Source of the DNA: Spirogloea muscicola
Taxonomy: Eukaryota
Assembly: GCA_009602725.1 (NCBI GenBank)
Contig: WELB01000006.1
Coordinates: 583,222 to 603,221 of the forward strand
Direction: 5' to 3'
DNA: 20,000 bases
In this document: piece by piece, positions 1 through 11,568 of the stretch
How the letters are laid out: each line of letters starts with the position of its first letter
How positions within the stretch are numbered: the stretch's first letter is position 1
Position numbers and translations under genes: made by a program
Notes under the pieces: model-generated
What the model saw: the letters and a program-made list of their open reading frames with translations, nothing else
Database searches by the model: none
What the model was told of the DNA's origin: nothing

Positions 1-1393
1 GAAGCGCATATGGCAAGCAGAGGCAATGTAGACGTCCTGCATCAATGCAGCAAGACGGAGAGATGCATCAGCGAACCATGCATCCTTGCATAGATTACCT
101 CGGTCCTGTGAGCTCCGACGTGCGGTGCATTTGGCCCTGCTTTGTCAGTTTATTTGGGCTGGCTTCTTTACAGATGCACTTTCTTTCTGCTGCAAGCAGG
201 AAACAGCAAGGGAAAGTGTGGCGGAGAAGGCAATGATTATCAGGTGTCAGCACCATCGACTCTTGCTGGTGACACCTTCTACCGGTTGGCCATGGTCGTC
301 CACGTGTGCCATGCCTGCAGTGGCCAGTGCTTGGGCTGCTGTCTTGCCAAGTGCAGCAGATGTGCGGAAAGGGTGCACTGGCAACCGAGGCACTCGTGCC
401 TGATGTCCATGTGACGAATGCCACTGTCTATGTCTTTGCAGGGCTCCAGTCCAATGTGCTCCATCGTCCTGAGCTGTTGTGCTCCATTGTCCCAAGCTCT
501 CCCGCTACATCACTGCGCAGCTTCCACCTTGGGCAGTGGGATACCATTTTCCTAATTAGCTCGCCCAACCTCGTCCTGCTGACGAGGCCGCGTTCAGTGG
601 CCCTTCTTGGCCTGAGACTTCAGTAGGGCATGCACACTACATGGTCATCTTCGATGCGCACTTGACTGGCCTTCACAGCCCCCCGGTCTTACTTTCAGCA
701 AGTGCTGTACCTCAGTGACATTCCTCCACTTCACCTGGACTCAACACACCTGGCTTGTCGTGCACAGCCAGTCATTGTATTAGCAGGCAAGGCTTCTATG
801 TTGGCCTAAGGCCATTGACCATGCTGATTTTGATTCGACTGCCCTTCTCTTTTGCAGTTGGCCGGCTCTAAGAAGTCCCTATCCTTCCTTTGCCCCTCAA
901 CCTACTTTTGCCCTCTGGCAGACAGCAACCACAGCACCCAGCTGCCTGTGCGGGCCTTCCATGCCTCATGCCACTTAGACCTTCCTCACATTACCCCCTG
1001 CGCTGGAGGTGTGAACCAGTAATGAAACTTTGTCTGACTTGCTGTGCTTCAGTCGACCAGGAGGTTGGCTTCGCATGGCCACTGCTTTGAAGCTGCTGCA
1101 CATGCTCATATTGGCAGAGATGCCCATGATTGCCTGCACCTCCAGGGCTCTACTGACACGCACTTTCACAACATACACCGCACTAGCAAAGAATTCACTT
1201 GATCAAAGACAACACAACAAATCAGAAATTATAGAGGCATCAAAGCACCAAGGTAGCCTGCTATATGTGCAGCACAAGTGGCAACTGTCTATATAGTAAG
1301 CTACTCATTATGTCTGACCAGGGGAGTCATAGGCAGACGGCCCTGGCTTGTCTAGAGTAGCTACCTTGAGGTAGGGGTGCAGTAACTCGGGTG

Positions 1394-4049
1394 TCACGAT
1401 GCGGTGTTCTTCTTGCATGCTCTGCAAGATTTTCGGCACGCACCTCCGAATTCCACTGAGCCAACCATGAACTCCGGGTTCTTTGTGCACTCTCCCATGG
1501 CCGCCCATTCGCCGCACCTTGCCTCCTCATCAGTGCACTTGTTGGGGTCCGGTCTGGGCCTAGGGTCAAAGGAGCTGACATGAATCCACTTTGTAGCAGA
1601 GTACTTTTCGCCCTGAACCACAGGGCAGCCTGTGTGAAGTGACCATTCATCGGGCGAGGCATCTGGGTGCAGGCTGAAGAAGAGGAGCGCATCTCCCTTG
1701 ATGGGTTTGACTGCAGAAGATAACTTGAGCACTCATCTCAAATAGGACTCTGGGGCTCTGACTCTTCCACATGCAAGCATATCACTGCAGACTTCTGGCT
1801 ACAGATAGAGCTAGCTGCCAAGATGCAAATCACTTCTGGAGGCGAGGCATCGACTAACAGCTCAACAACTCTTACCTGCAGCCCCCTTCTTTCCGCATTC
1901 TGACCAGCTGTCATCCTTTTCCATGTTGATCATATCCTGTTCACATGAGGAGATCATCAGCCAACCACTACCCCCATTTCATCTCAGGTGCGAGATGAAC
2001 ACATTACAAGTTAACCCAGACCTTGCTGCAATCTCTGTGAGCTGTTGTTCTCGACTGTGCTTTGCAGTAACATTGTGGTCAGCTGACACACACACAGCTG
2101 ACACTCTCTCACACAGACTTCTACGTACCTCAGCACTTGGGAACACAGTCTCTCCACCCTTGGTAACGTTTGACAAGTACATCAGCACTGTGGCTACGCG
2201 ATGTCCACCCATGGCTGCATTGGTGGCATCCTGAAAATAGTCAAAGTGTGGTTCGTACTTTTGGCCCAGGTCATATCGCAGAACCTGGATAGCCTCACCA
2301 TTCTCTGCAAGCACAAACGCGATACACGGTGAGCATCGCATGACTAGCATCCCTTATTCTGGTAGCATCTCTGGCATCCATGCCTTTGCTACAAGAATCA
2401 TAGTGTTCAGTTGCTGACTAGGCATAAGTAGCATATTACATCAGCAGGTGTGACCTAATCAGCTCGACCAGGCCGTCCACCCTGCACGAAGTATGTAGGA
2501 TGTCACAGTAATTATCAGGGGGAGCAGTACAACATTACCTTTTGGCAAAAAGGTCCAGGCTGCAATCTTCTCTTCTATACCAAGAATTACATCATCCTGC
2601 AAAAAGACGATTGGACCTTTGTCACAGCTCCACACTATGTTGATAGCCATCACAGGGGCATGTAGTCAAGTCACAGTCCACAAAGCAGCAAGCATCACGG
2701 TGATCTTGTGCCGTACATAGTATTTATTGATGAACATGCCCGAGCTGGTCCGGATCTCGCTCAGGACACTCTTGCCGGACTCATTATCGGCCACTGTTGA
2801 TCGTGCAAGATGGGGAATGGCCTGCATACAAGGGTGAACAGGATGGCAATGTGCGATGCTTAGCTTATGCCTTGCTAGTCCAGACCAATGCTTGTGCCAA
2901 GCAACTTTGCCCGGCAGGTAATTTTCCAGACTCACGAATCACGTCAACATATATGAGGGTGTTGGGTCTGAAGATTGACTGGACTAAAAGCAGCAGTGCT
3001 TGCCACAGCACAGCGTGGATGCACAAGCCTTAAGCCCACCTACCATTATAGGCCTGCTAATTAATGCAAGGGTGCTCACCAACTTAATCATGTGATCGCA
3101 CTCTTCCATGGTCAGGAAGCCTTTGTACAAGAATGCCCTGAACCATGGATCCATCTGTCAGAACAGCTCTTGTGCAGAAGCGCTCTTGATACCCAAATCG
3201 ACAGTTGGTCTGACAGCAACGGCTGGAGCAGATGCCAGTGGAAGACAGCATCAGAGCACAAGCAACTTGAGCTTGCTTTACCTGGGCTTCCATGAAAGCT
3301 GGATGACTCTGCTGGGGTTCAAGGCCCACTTCTCTGGAGTAGGCGGGTTTCCCGTGCTGAGCTTAGAGACTCCCCTGCGAGTAGAAGTACTGCGCTTGAC
3401 CTTGCGCCGCTGCCCGTGATGCCTGGATGGGAGATGCTCACACGACTAAGCTTAAGTAACGCTCCTTATAGTCCTAATCAGTTTAAAATCACTGTGCCTC
3501 CTAACGAGCGTTGACACACATTCTTGGCATCTGTGAGAGCGGTGCCAACTGGAGCCACAGTCACAGGTACATGCCAGCGACCATGCCACTACATGAAATG
3601 TTACATGCGCATTGCTCTCCCCACGCGATCCAATGCTGCAATTGTACGTGACTCACGGCCCTAATCTTGTGAATCGGACACAACTTGGACGGCTCCAGAC
3701 AGCAATGGACAGGTTGCCATGTGTCTGGATATTCCCCCATAACTCCAGCACGTTTTGCGGTGCCAACAACTGCCAAATTGCGGCTTATGAAATTTGCAGA
3801 ACTCTGAGCCCCTCCTCTAGGCCCGCCGCTGGCTTCGTTTCGGTAATGCAAGCCGCCCAGGGCCGTGCATGGTTGCTAACACCATTGGGGGAAGTCAGTG
3901 TGGGGCACTCACGTCTCGCCCATCCAGCCCGGCAGGGTGTCCGCCTCCAGCGTCGTCCTGGCGCTTGCGAGCGCGGCCCACGCCAGGAGCGAGAGAGCGG
4001 CAACCGCCAGGCGGCCCCGCCGGCGGCGGCACGGCTGCGGCGCGGCCAT
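1394..4049 (-). CDS. P4H: Prolyl 4-hydroxylase (plant/algal type, 2OG-Fe(II)) with N-terminal signal/anchor and C-terminal ShKT domain; 8 exons
   Basis: Hand-spliced GT-AG exons in consistent phase: 4049-3913, 3422(or 3374)-3282, 3137-3080, 2821-2717, 2596-2539, 2304-2129, 1936-1876, 1710-1394. Translation contains VIQLSWKPRAFLYKGFLTMEECDHMI, RSTVADNESGKS..RTSSGMF, ENGEAIQVLRY..KYEPHFDYF (HxD), GGETVFP, SLHTGCPVVQGEKYSATKWIH (distal His, 2OG-binding Lys) and ShKT CTDEEARCGEWAAMGECTKNPEFM..CRKSCRAC. Hydrophobic N-terminus LAVAALSLLAWAALASA. Confidence 0.95.
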
Positions 4050-4329
4050 CGTCCCGGGGGCTCCCCCGCTCTGCGCCGGGGCCGCGTGGCGCAAGCGGGC
4101 CCCGGNGCGGCAGGTGGCGGGGCGGCGGGTGGGCAGGGCGGCCCAAGCGGGATGTCCCGAGCGAGCGGCCGCCGACGGCCGGGGCGGCGCCGTCGGACCG
4201 CCCCCGTCCCGTGCGCTTTGCCTTCTGGAAGGCCTCGCACAGCCGTTTGCCCTGGCCTTGACAGTCCGGCCTCACGTTAGTTACTGAGTGGTCCATCCAC
4301 CCCCGTTCTGACATAGCATCTTCAGGCCC

Positions 4330-4455
4330 CTTCGTAGCTGCTTAGCGCTTTTTAGGCCCCCTCCATCATTTGGCCCCTTCGAACCTTTGTCAATCCTTTT
4401 TCGGGCTGACTTTTCACAGCCCTTGCCCCCATTGGGAGTGCCACTTCTTCTCTTT
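4330..4455. repeat. Dispersed repeat family, copy A (possible MITE/SINE remnant)
   Basis: Starts with cttcgtagctgctt, identical to 19536-19549, then aligns co-linearly (ggccccttc..cctttgtcaatcctttttcgggctgacttttcacagc..tggg..ccacttct) with 19589-19671. Confidence 0.6.
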
Positions 4456-5633
4456 CAAAGGCCGTGGAGTCGGACAGCGAGTGGTCGTGATGGGCGAGTT
4501 GGGGACTGAGTCGACGGGCCCCAGTACCGCAGGCGCGCCCCCCCCCCGCTGGCTCTCCCGTCAGCCGGCCCGACGGCGGTCCGCCCCCCTTCTTCTTCTT
4601 TTCCCGTCCGAGCCAACGGCAGATGCCGCCGACTGCACGGATCGCCCCAAGACCACCCCGGCGAGAGATGCCCCCGCATCCCGCCGCGCGTGCCGCGAAC
4701 TCCTGGGCTGCCCTCTGTGTCGCCACAATGCTTGCACTCCCTTCACAGCCACTTTGGTGATATCAGCAGCCGCAGTCACTTTGTGCGTGCCCAAGTCTTT
4801 GCACTAGCTTTTGCCTGAAATGCTTCATCGGCACTGTTTGGCCTCCCCTCCAGTCCACCCGCGCCATCTCTCGCTCTCCTGACGGCGCGCTCCCGGCCCA
4901 ACGCCGCCACGCGCTCCTCCGCTCGTGGCCGTGCGGCACGCTGACGGCCGCTGAGCCCTCTACCCCGTGTATGGGTTGAATGTAAGGGCTTAAATTGGCC
5001 ACCCTTTCATTTCACGCGCACCGCGGGCCTTCGTCCCCGTGGCAACTAGCGGGCCTCCATTCTGCCCTACATGCCTTCCCTACACGCTGTGCCCCTTAAC
5101 GCAGCCTCTGGCCCCTGCGCAGCGAGGGTCCGTCTCCCTCCCTCAGCTCATCTGACACCTCCTCCTGTTGACACTGAGCGGGCCCTGAGCTGCCAAGTCT
5201 GCAGCTCCAGCGCAGCATAAGTGCACCAGCTACTTCTCGTCTGCATTCGGCTGCCTTTAGCAGCCGCCCTTATTGTCAGCGGCCGCTTCCCCTTTTACTC
5301 TGGGCTGGCTAGCTCGAAAATCAGTCCCCGCCTTGACTGACCATGACCTGGAAAAGATTCTGTCAGTGTCCACGCTTCAGGCAGGATGATGCGTTCATCT
5401 TGTTGGCCCCTCGATCTGCTCATTACAGCCTCCTATCACCTCATACCTTAGCAGAGTGGGAGCTTGATCCTTCGACTCCTTGAGCCACGCATGCGACAGT
5501 AACCAGCCCTTTCATCAGTCACGAAGTGCTGAGTCCATCATGTGGCTCTCTTTTTGTGCTGACCTACCAGCAGTTAGCTAAGAGCCCATGATGGACACTC
5601 AATCGCATCAATCCCAAGCTCGCAAGCTGCTGA

Positions 5634-8600
5634 TCAGACAACAAGTGGCAAAGCTTCATCGTCTCTCAGGGGGGTTGACAATGCCTCTGTGGCTGTCCTG
5701 TATGGCGTCTTCTGAAATTGGTTCCTAAGCTGGCCGCAAGCAGCATTGGCCTCGAGCCCCCTGGTATGCCGTATCGTGGCTGTCACCTTTCTTTGCGCTA
5801 GTTGATCAACAAAAGCCATCACCTGCAAAGAGATGCAAATCAAGTCAGCCCTCCTCGCACATTGCAGAACTCATAACCAACTTGCAGTCCGACCTTACTC
5901 AATGATCACCTGCAATGTGGGATCCTCTCTAGCGTGCCTTCAGAAGCATGGCTTTTAGTAGCAGGCACATGCCACAGACTTCTGAGAAGGACTTACAGCA
6001 TTCCTGCTGGGACGACGGTATTCAGAGTCGTCAACAGGGTTGTATGGTATCACGTTAACGTGCTGGCCTAAACCCCAATGTCGTAGGAGTTCTGCAAGCT
6101 GGTTCGCATGCTCCCTCTGATCATTTATGCCGGCTGTCACAAACAAACAGCAATACAAGGAAACACTCATGTAATTGACCTTCTCCACTGGTCAACAGTA
6201 TTGAGCTAATCATCCAATGCACGATGTGAGGACACTCTCACAGATGTCTAACCCATCATTGACAGGCTAGGAAAAGATACAGTAGATAGAACACCCAAAT
6301 GCTCTGCTTATTAGACAGGACATAACACGCTTGGAAGACAGCAATACATACCTAGTAGCGTGTACTCAAATGACACCCTTCGGCCAGTGGCCTGGAAGTA
6401 GGATCGACAGTCCTGTAGGAGTGCCTCAAGTGGATATATTTTCGCACTTGGTACTATCTGCTCTCGCAGTTGTTGCGTAGGTGCATGCAAGCTGCACACA
6501 ATTGCACTAAGCTTTCTTCGTAGTCTCGTAACAGCCTCCATATAACATGCTGTGACATTTAGCTAGGTTTATTTCCACAACCAGAAAAGATGCAATGGTG
6601 CTACAAGTTCTGCACACAGCCTCAACCTCGGGGTCTGAGGCCCGACTGCCACTTGACACACAGCGGCAGCTAAATGCCAGCTTTGAGCTTGGCCAATGTG
6701 AAGCACGCGGAGAGGCAAACTCTCATTGGTGGAGTAGGCAAGTTGGCCCTTAGCAGCCTACCTGATGGCAAGGGTGGATTGCAGATTGTGCTGAGCTAAG
6801 CGCTTTATAGTATTGGGAACCCCCACTGTAGAGATTGTCATCATTCGAGCTCCTATGCCGACGTCCTACATGTAACATCATGCCAGCTTCTGAGCTTGAC
6901 CTTGATTCTAGGTAACATCAACACTTGGCAGAAGCATACATCCTAAGTTGCTCGAGCAAGGCAAGTTGGACGAGGAAGAAGTCTTGCAACGTCAATAATT
7001 TCAAAGCAATTACTAGTCCGAGGCAACAGCAGGCCAATTGCGCACCTTGTTGATTGAATGCACAGCTCTCAGAACGGCCGACATGTTCATGAGCGGCTCC
7101 CCCATTCCCATGAAGACAATGTTGCTCACACGGTGCTGGAAGAGCTCCTCGAGTGCAAGTACCTGCTTGTTGGCGTTGGGGAGTGGCATCAGGAAGCTGT
7201 CTGTTAGGCCAAGCCTTCGGCACCTGACACTTCTGATCGCTCCACGATCTCTCTGCAAAGCTCCTCAAGTATAGGTCAAAGCAGCTTGAGCAACTCGAGC
7301 AGCCTATCCAAAGCCTTTGAGCCAAGTAGCAACAAGTGCCATAATACCTGGTCCACAATCTCAAAAGTTTGAAGATTGCGAGCGAAGCCCCCCTTTCCAG
7401 TTGCGCAGAATGAGCATCTCAAAGCACAGCCCACCTATTATGAAGGCGCTGCAGCTACATCAGACCGTATGATGATGGGCACCACGGGCACCACGCTTTG
7501 CATTGCCCTGCCTGGCTTCACTACCTGTACCAAACACTCAAGCAGCAGCAAAGGGCATGACACGAAGCAAAGAGAGACCAGGCGGCCATTCATAACAAGG
7601 TCAAGTGAAAGCAACCTGAGAAGAGATGCAAGCTGTGAGCTTCTTGGAGCCTCTTGCAAACTCCATGGGTATGCCAACAGCCTCAACCATCCTGTTGTCC
7701 TCCAGCCGCAGCAGCAGCTGAACAATGCTAAGCACAACCAATGAGAATCACTCTCGGCTGCTACAAGGGGGCACTGTGTCCGCTAAGAACTTGCAGCATT
7801 ACCTGGTAGAGTTATGCCTGGATGCTCTACTGACATGCCTCCAGGCGTGATCATACCAAGACATTGCTAGTCGTCACTGGATCAGGCACTTTGAGGCATA
7901 CCCCAGACACATCAATTATAAATAGATGTTTTCAACGCGCCTGGATGATTGAAAACAGCTCCAAGAAGGACTTGCTGCCAGATTGAGTGCCGACCTTGGC
8001 AGTGCCATCTGCAGCTGCAGCGACGTGGTGCACGGGAGCCCGGCCCACCCGCCAGCCAGCCTCGGCGAGCGCTTGCCGGAACTTGGCCGGCACTGTGCAC
8101 CAACACAGACCGCAGCGCCTGGTCAAGCCGGCCCCAAGGAGCCGTCCAGAGAGCCGTCCCCTAGCCCTAAACCCTAAGACCATGTGGGCCATGGCCGCAG
8201 CAGAGCTCTGACAGTGGGGGCGACTCAGCAGCGGGGCCAGCGGGCTCTCACGCTGCTTGAGGTCGTGGAGCTCCTTGCCCTTGTTCTGGTACACGAACTG
8301 GTGGAGCTGCTTGCCCCGGTACCGCTGCTGCACAGCTCAGGCAGGCAGGCGCGGAGCAGCCGCCCCGAGTAAGACTGATGGCGAGCATCAGCGGCGGAGG
8401 GCCTCGCCCTAGCCGCCATGCCGGCTACCTTGTGGAGCTGCGCACGGCGGCCACCATGGAGCTAGGGCCGCGATGACCGCACCTCGCCAAAGCGGGCCGC
8501 CAGTGCTTCCATGTCCTCCAGTGACAGGCCGACCAGCGCCCGGTCGCCGCCGGCCGCGGCGGCGGCGGTGGTGGTGGCGGCGGCGGCGGTGGTGGCGGCA

Positions 8601-8787
8601 TCGGCGGCAACGGAGGGGACGGCGGCGATGGTGACGGCGGAGGGGGTGGCACCATGAATGGTGGTGGCAACGGTGGCTGCAGGGGAGGCTGTTGTGGTGG
8701 CGGTGATGGTGGGGGAGGTGTTGGAGGAGGAAGCACCACTGAGGGCGACGGCGGCGGAGGCGACGACTGGGCTAGCGGGGGTGGGAA
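5634..8787 (-). CDS. rlmN: Dual-specificity rRNA/tRNA m2A methyltransferase RlmN (radical SAM), probably organelle-targeted; 5' end lost in the N gap
   Basis: Exons: gap-8483, 8327-8252, 8092-7995, 7717-7616, 7434-7348, 7162-7046, 6865-6762, 6491-6352, 6133-5997, 5822-5634. Motifs: [43 protein letters not shown] (CxxxCxxC plus the upstream resolving Cys), [49 protein letters not shown] (methyl-accepting Cys). An Ala/Thr/Ser-rich N-terminal extension suggests a transit peptide (inference). Confidence 0.95.
8159..8177 (-). promoter_or_regulatory. Telo-box (AAACCCTAA) tract in a 5' intron of rlmN
   Basis: ccctagccctaaaccctaa contains the exact telo-box AAACCCTAA. Confidence 0.55.
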
Positions 8788-9298
8788 NNNNNNNNNNNNN
8801 NNNNNNNNNNNNNNNNNNNNNNNNNNNNNNNNNNNNNNNNNNNNNNNNNNNNNNNNNNNNNNNNNNNNNNNNNNNNNNNNNNNNNNNNNNNNNNNNNNNN
8901 NNNNNNNNNNNNNNNNNNNNNNNNNNNNNNNNNNNNNNNNNNNNNNNNNNNNNNNNNNNNNNNNNNNNNNNNNNNNNNNNNNNNNNNNNNNNNNNNNNNN
9001 NNNNNNNNNNNNNNNNNNNNNNNNNNNNNNNNNNNNNNNNNNNNNNNNNNNNNNNNNNNNNNNNNNNNNNNNNNNNNNNNNNNNNNNNNNNNNNNNNNNN
9101 NNNNNNNNNNNNNNNNNNNNNNNNNNNNNNNNNNNNNNNNNNNNNNNNNNNNNNNNNNNNNNNNNNNNNNNNNNNNNNNNNNNNNNNNNNNNNNNNNNNN
9201 NNNNNNNNNNNNNNNNNNNNNNNNNNNNNNNNNNNNNNNNNNNNNNNNNNNNNNNNNNNNNNNNNNNNNNNNNNNNNNNNNNNNNNNNNNNNNNNNNN
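8788..9298. other. Assembly gap (511 N) containing the start codons and intergenic promoter of rlmN and alkB
   Basis: Run of N with GC-rich coding frames running away from it on opposite strands. Confidence 0.9.
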
Positions 9299-11455
9299 GG
9301 CGACGGCGGGGCCGGCGGCGGCGGCGGCCTTGAGGCCGTGGAGGCAGCCGCCGCGCTGCCGGTGGTGGCCGCCGGGCATACTCTGCCGCCGCACGAGCTC
9401 GCAGCGGCGGACGAGGAGCCCGACAGAGGCCGCTGCCAGGACCAGGCGGACGCGCGAGTCCCACCGTCTCGTCTGCAGTCCCAGTCGAGCTCGGCCGCGG
9501 AGCCCGGCGGCGGCGGCGGCGGCGGCGGCGGATTCGGCATGAAGCGGCCGCGCCGGTACGGCGAGGTGCTGCCAGGCCCAGTGGTGGCCATCGACCTCCT
9601 CAAGCCGGAGCCCCTGGCGCAGGCCCGCATCTCCCCGCTGGGCAGCATCGCGCTCGACCGCGCTGCCGCTCCCCGGCCTGCCCCGGTCGTCCTCCAGCCA
9701 GGGTGAGCGAGGCGATGGCCACAGCTTAGATCGGCAAGCAGCTCCTCTCAGCTCCTCTCTGCTGCTCAAGGTGCCGCTGGGAAAGGTTTAGGGTTTAGGG
9801 GTTCTAGGGTTAGGGCTTAAGGTCGCCCGTCGCCATCACTTACTATTGGCAATCATATGCCTGCTTCCCACCTCACAACTGGTGACCAGTGAGATACTGG
9901 AAGTCTTGATTGAGTTTATAATTGGTGCTCTGTTGCTATGCAAGACCTCGGCGTTGTCTTCTTTTTATGTGAGGTGCAGCTCACTGTATGCTCACCAGCT
10001 GCTGCCGCCGCCGCGCAGGATGGTGCTCATGAAGCAACGGCTAGGCCTCGACGTCCAGCAGCACTTGGTGCATGCAGCCCAGGCCCTTGCGCCGCGCTTT
10101 GGACGCCCGACGACTGCCGGTGGCCGCAAATACCACCTGTACTCGGTGTGTTTTCACATCCTGCACAGCCAGACTTGCTATTATGGAGTCCCACCTGTTA
10201 GCACTTGCTGTCAGGCAACTCAAGAGCTCGTCGCTATGCTGTAGACAGTGGACGTCCATAAAAATATGCATCTGCAGCACAGCCTGAAGCTGCACTCTAT
10301 CAAGCTTATAAGCTGCACGAGCTGGGCCAACCCTGCCACGCTGACCTACTTCCGTGGTCAGGTGTGCTGGCGGTCGAGGTGGGACGGGTCGCGCTTCGCC
10401 CCCGACCCTGAGGCGGCGCGCCTGCCGCTGTGGCTGGTTGAGCTGGCGCAGACTCTGGCGCAGGAGGCGCACTCGCTGACCCCGGTTACGGTGGGCTCCA
10501 CGTACGACCCCGACATTGGCCTCGTCAACTATTACCCTGTGAGAACTTGACTTCAGGGCCTTGTTGGCAGCTACCCTTGCGACACTGCACCATGTGAATC
10601 TTTGGGCATCTTGCACTTACTGCGGATCCCTGTGATCATTTAGACGTCTTGGTGCTAGCTGTCGCCCTGCAGCTTGGCCAAGTAGCACCTGAAGATTGCA
10701 CAGTGAATGTTGACGGATTGTGCTGGCAAATATCAGGTGCGTGCCGCAGAGCTGGGTGTGATCGGGCTAGGCGGCCATCAGGATCTGGACGACACGCAGG
10801 CCAAGCCCGTGGTAAAGGCCTGCGCCACTCTGCCTGCATGCGTGGTCCAGCGTATGCTGTTGTTCTCGCAGAGCACCCGCCCAGAGCTTGACCTTACTGA
10901 ATTTGCGCTAATTGACTTTCAGTACAGCTTACCCCAACACGTCATGGTTGTGTTCCCTGGACCTGGCCTTATGCAGGTGAGTGTGAGCATTGGGGACAGC
11001 ATGACCTTCTTCTTTCGCCGTCTGCCTCCTCTGAGCCGGCGTAGAAGCGGGGTCATGATTAAGGTTACTAGGGAGGCACTGAGCGACTCAGTCGACGGCG
11101 ATGCAGCCCACAACCCGTGAGTGCCTCCTTCAGGATCCTCTTCTACTGCTCCAGTGGCTGCTTGAGTAACTTGACTTACTATATGTGGGCACTGTCTGTA
11201 GCTGGATATCGTTCACCCTCCAGAATCTTCATAGCTCAGATGTAGGCCCAACAATGCGTTTCCTCGAACAGGGAGAGAGAGATTCTTCTCCAGAGTGGCG
11301 ATGTGGTCGTGTTTGGAGGGGAGTCGCGGCTTGTGTATCATGGCACGCGCGGCGTCCGGCCCAGCACCCGCCCAGCAGGCCTGCGCATGGCACCTGGCAG
11401 GCTCAACTTCACATTCCGCCAGCATGACGCGCTTTCGAGAGCTGCCCAACCATGA
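9299..11455 (+). CDS. alkB: AlkB-family 2-oxoglutarate/Fe(II) dioxygenase (plant ALKBH1-like group); 5' end lost in the N gap
   Basis: Exons: gap-9702, 10019-10145, 10362-10538, 10737-10811, 10977-11116, 11272-11455, all in phase. Motifs: VLQPGMVLMK, PDIGLVNYY, GLGGHQD (HxD), PVVSVSIGDS, LQSGDVVVFGGESRLVYHG (distal His), GRLNFTFRQ (RxxxxxR 2OG-binding motif). Confidence 0.9.
9506..9532 (+). repeat. (GGC)8 coding microsatellite, poly-Gly in the AlkB N-terminus
   Basis: GGC x8 followed by GGA, in the AlkB reading frame. Confidence 0.85.
9787..9815 (+). repeat. Interstitial plant telomere-like / telo-box tract in the first visible alkB intron
   Basis: TTTAGGG TTTAGGG GTTCTAGGG TTAGGG. Confidence 0.75.
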
Positions 11456-11523
11456 CACCGCTTGACTTGCTCTGCGCATGGAGGAGAGGCAGGCAGGACA
11501 CACTTGTATAATAGGGTACCGAT

Positions 11524-11568
11524 GGTGAGTGCTAAGCCGGTGAGTGCTCAGCCGGTGAGTGCTCAGCC
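11524..11568. repeat. 15-bp minisatellite x3 in the alkB 3' region
   Basis: ggtgagtgct(a/c)agcc repeated three times. Confidence 0.9.

Noticed and set aside
1..1300. Short ORFs and splice-like signals (e.g. - strand donor near 97, acceptor near 38)
   Set aside because: No recognisable protein motif and no consistent multi-exon model; a gene running off the window cannot be excluded.
3612..4807. Several 120-220 aa Arg/Gly/Pro/Ala-rich ORFs on both strands
   Set aside because: Expected in stop-poor GC-rich DNA; they overlap P4H exon 1, its promoter and repeat copy A.
8425..9769. Long ORFs spanning the N run, including Pro-rich (extensin-like) and Gly-rich frames
   Set aside because: Artefacts of reading through Ns and of alternative frames of GC-rich rlmN/alkB first exons; not a P4H substrate gene.
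11341..11430. Suspected frameshift in the last alkB exon
   Set aside because: Re-reading shows one continuous frame, HGTRGVRPSTRPAGLRMAPGRLNFTFRQ.
11524..11568. CRISPR-like appearance of short repeats (also 13838-13888)
   Set aside because: Head-to-tail units with no spacers, eukaryotic context and no cas genes.
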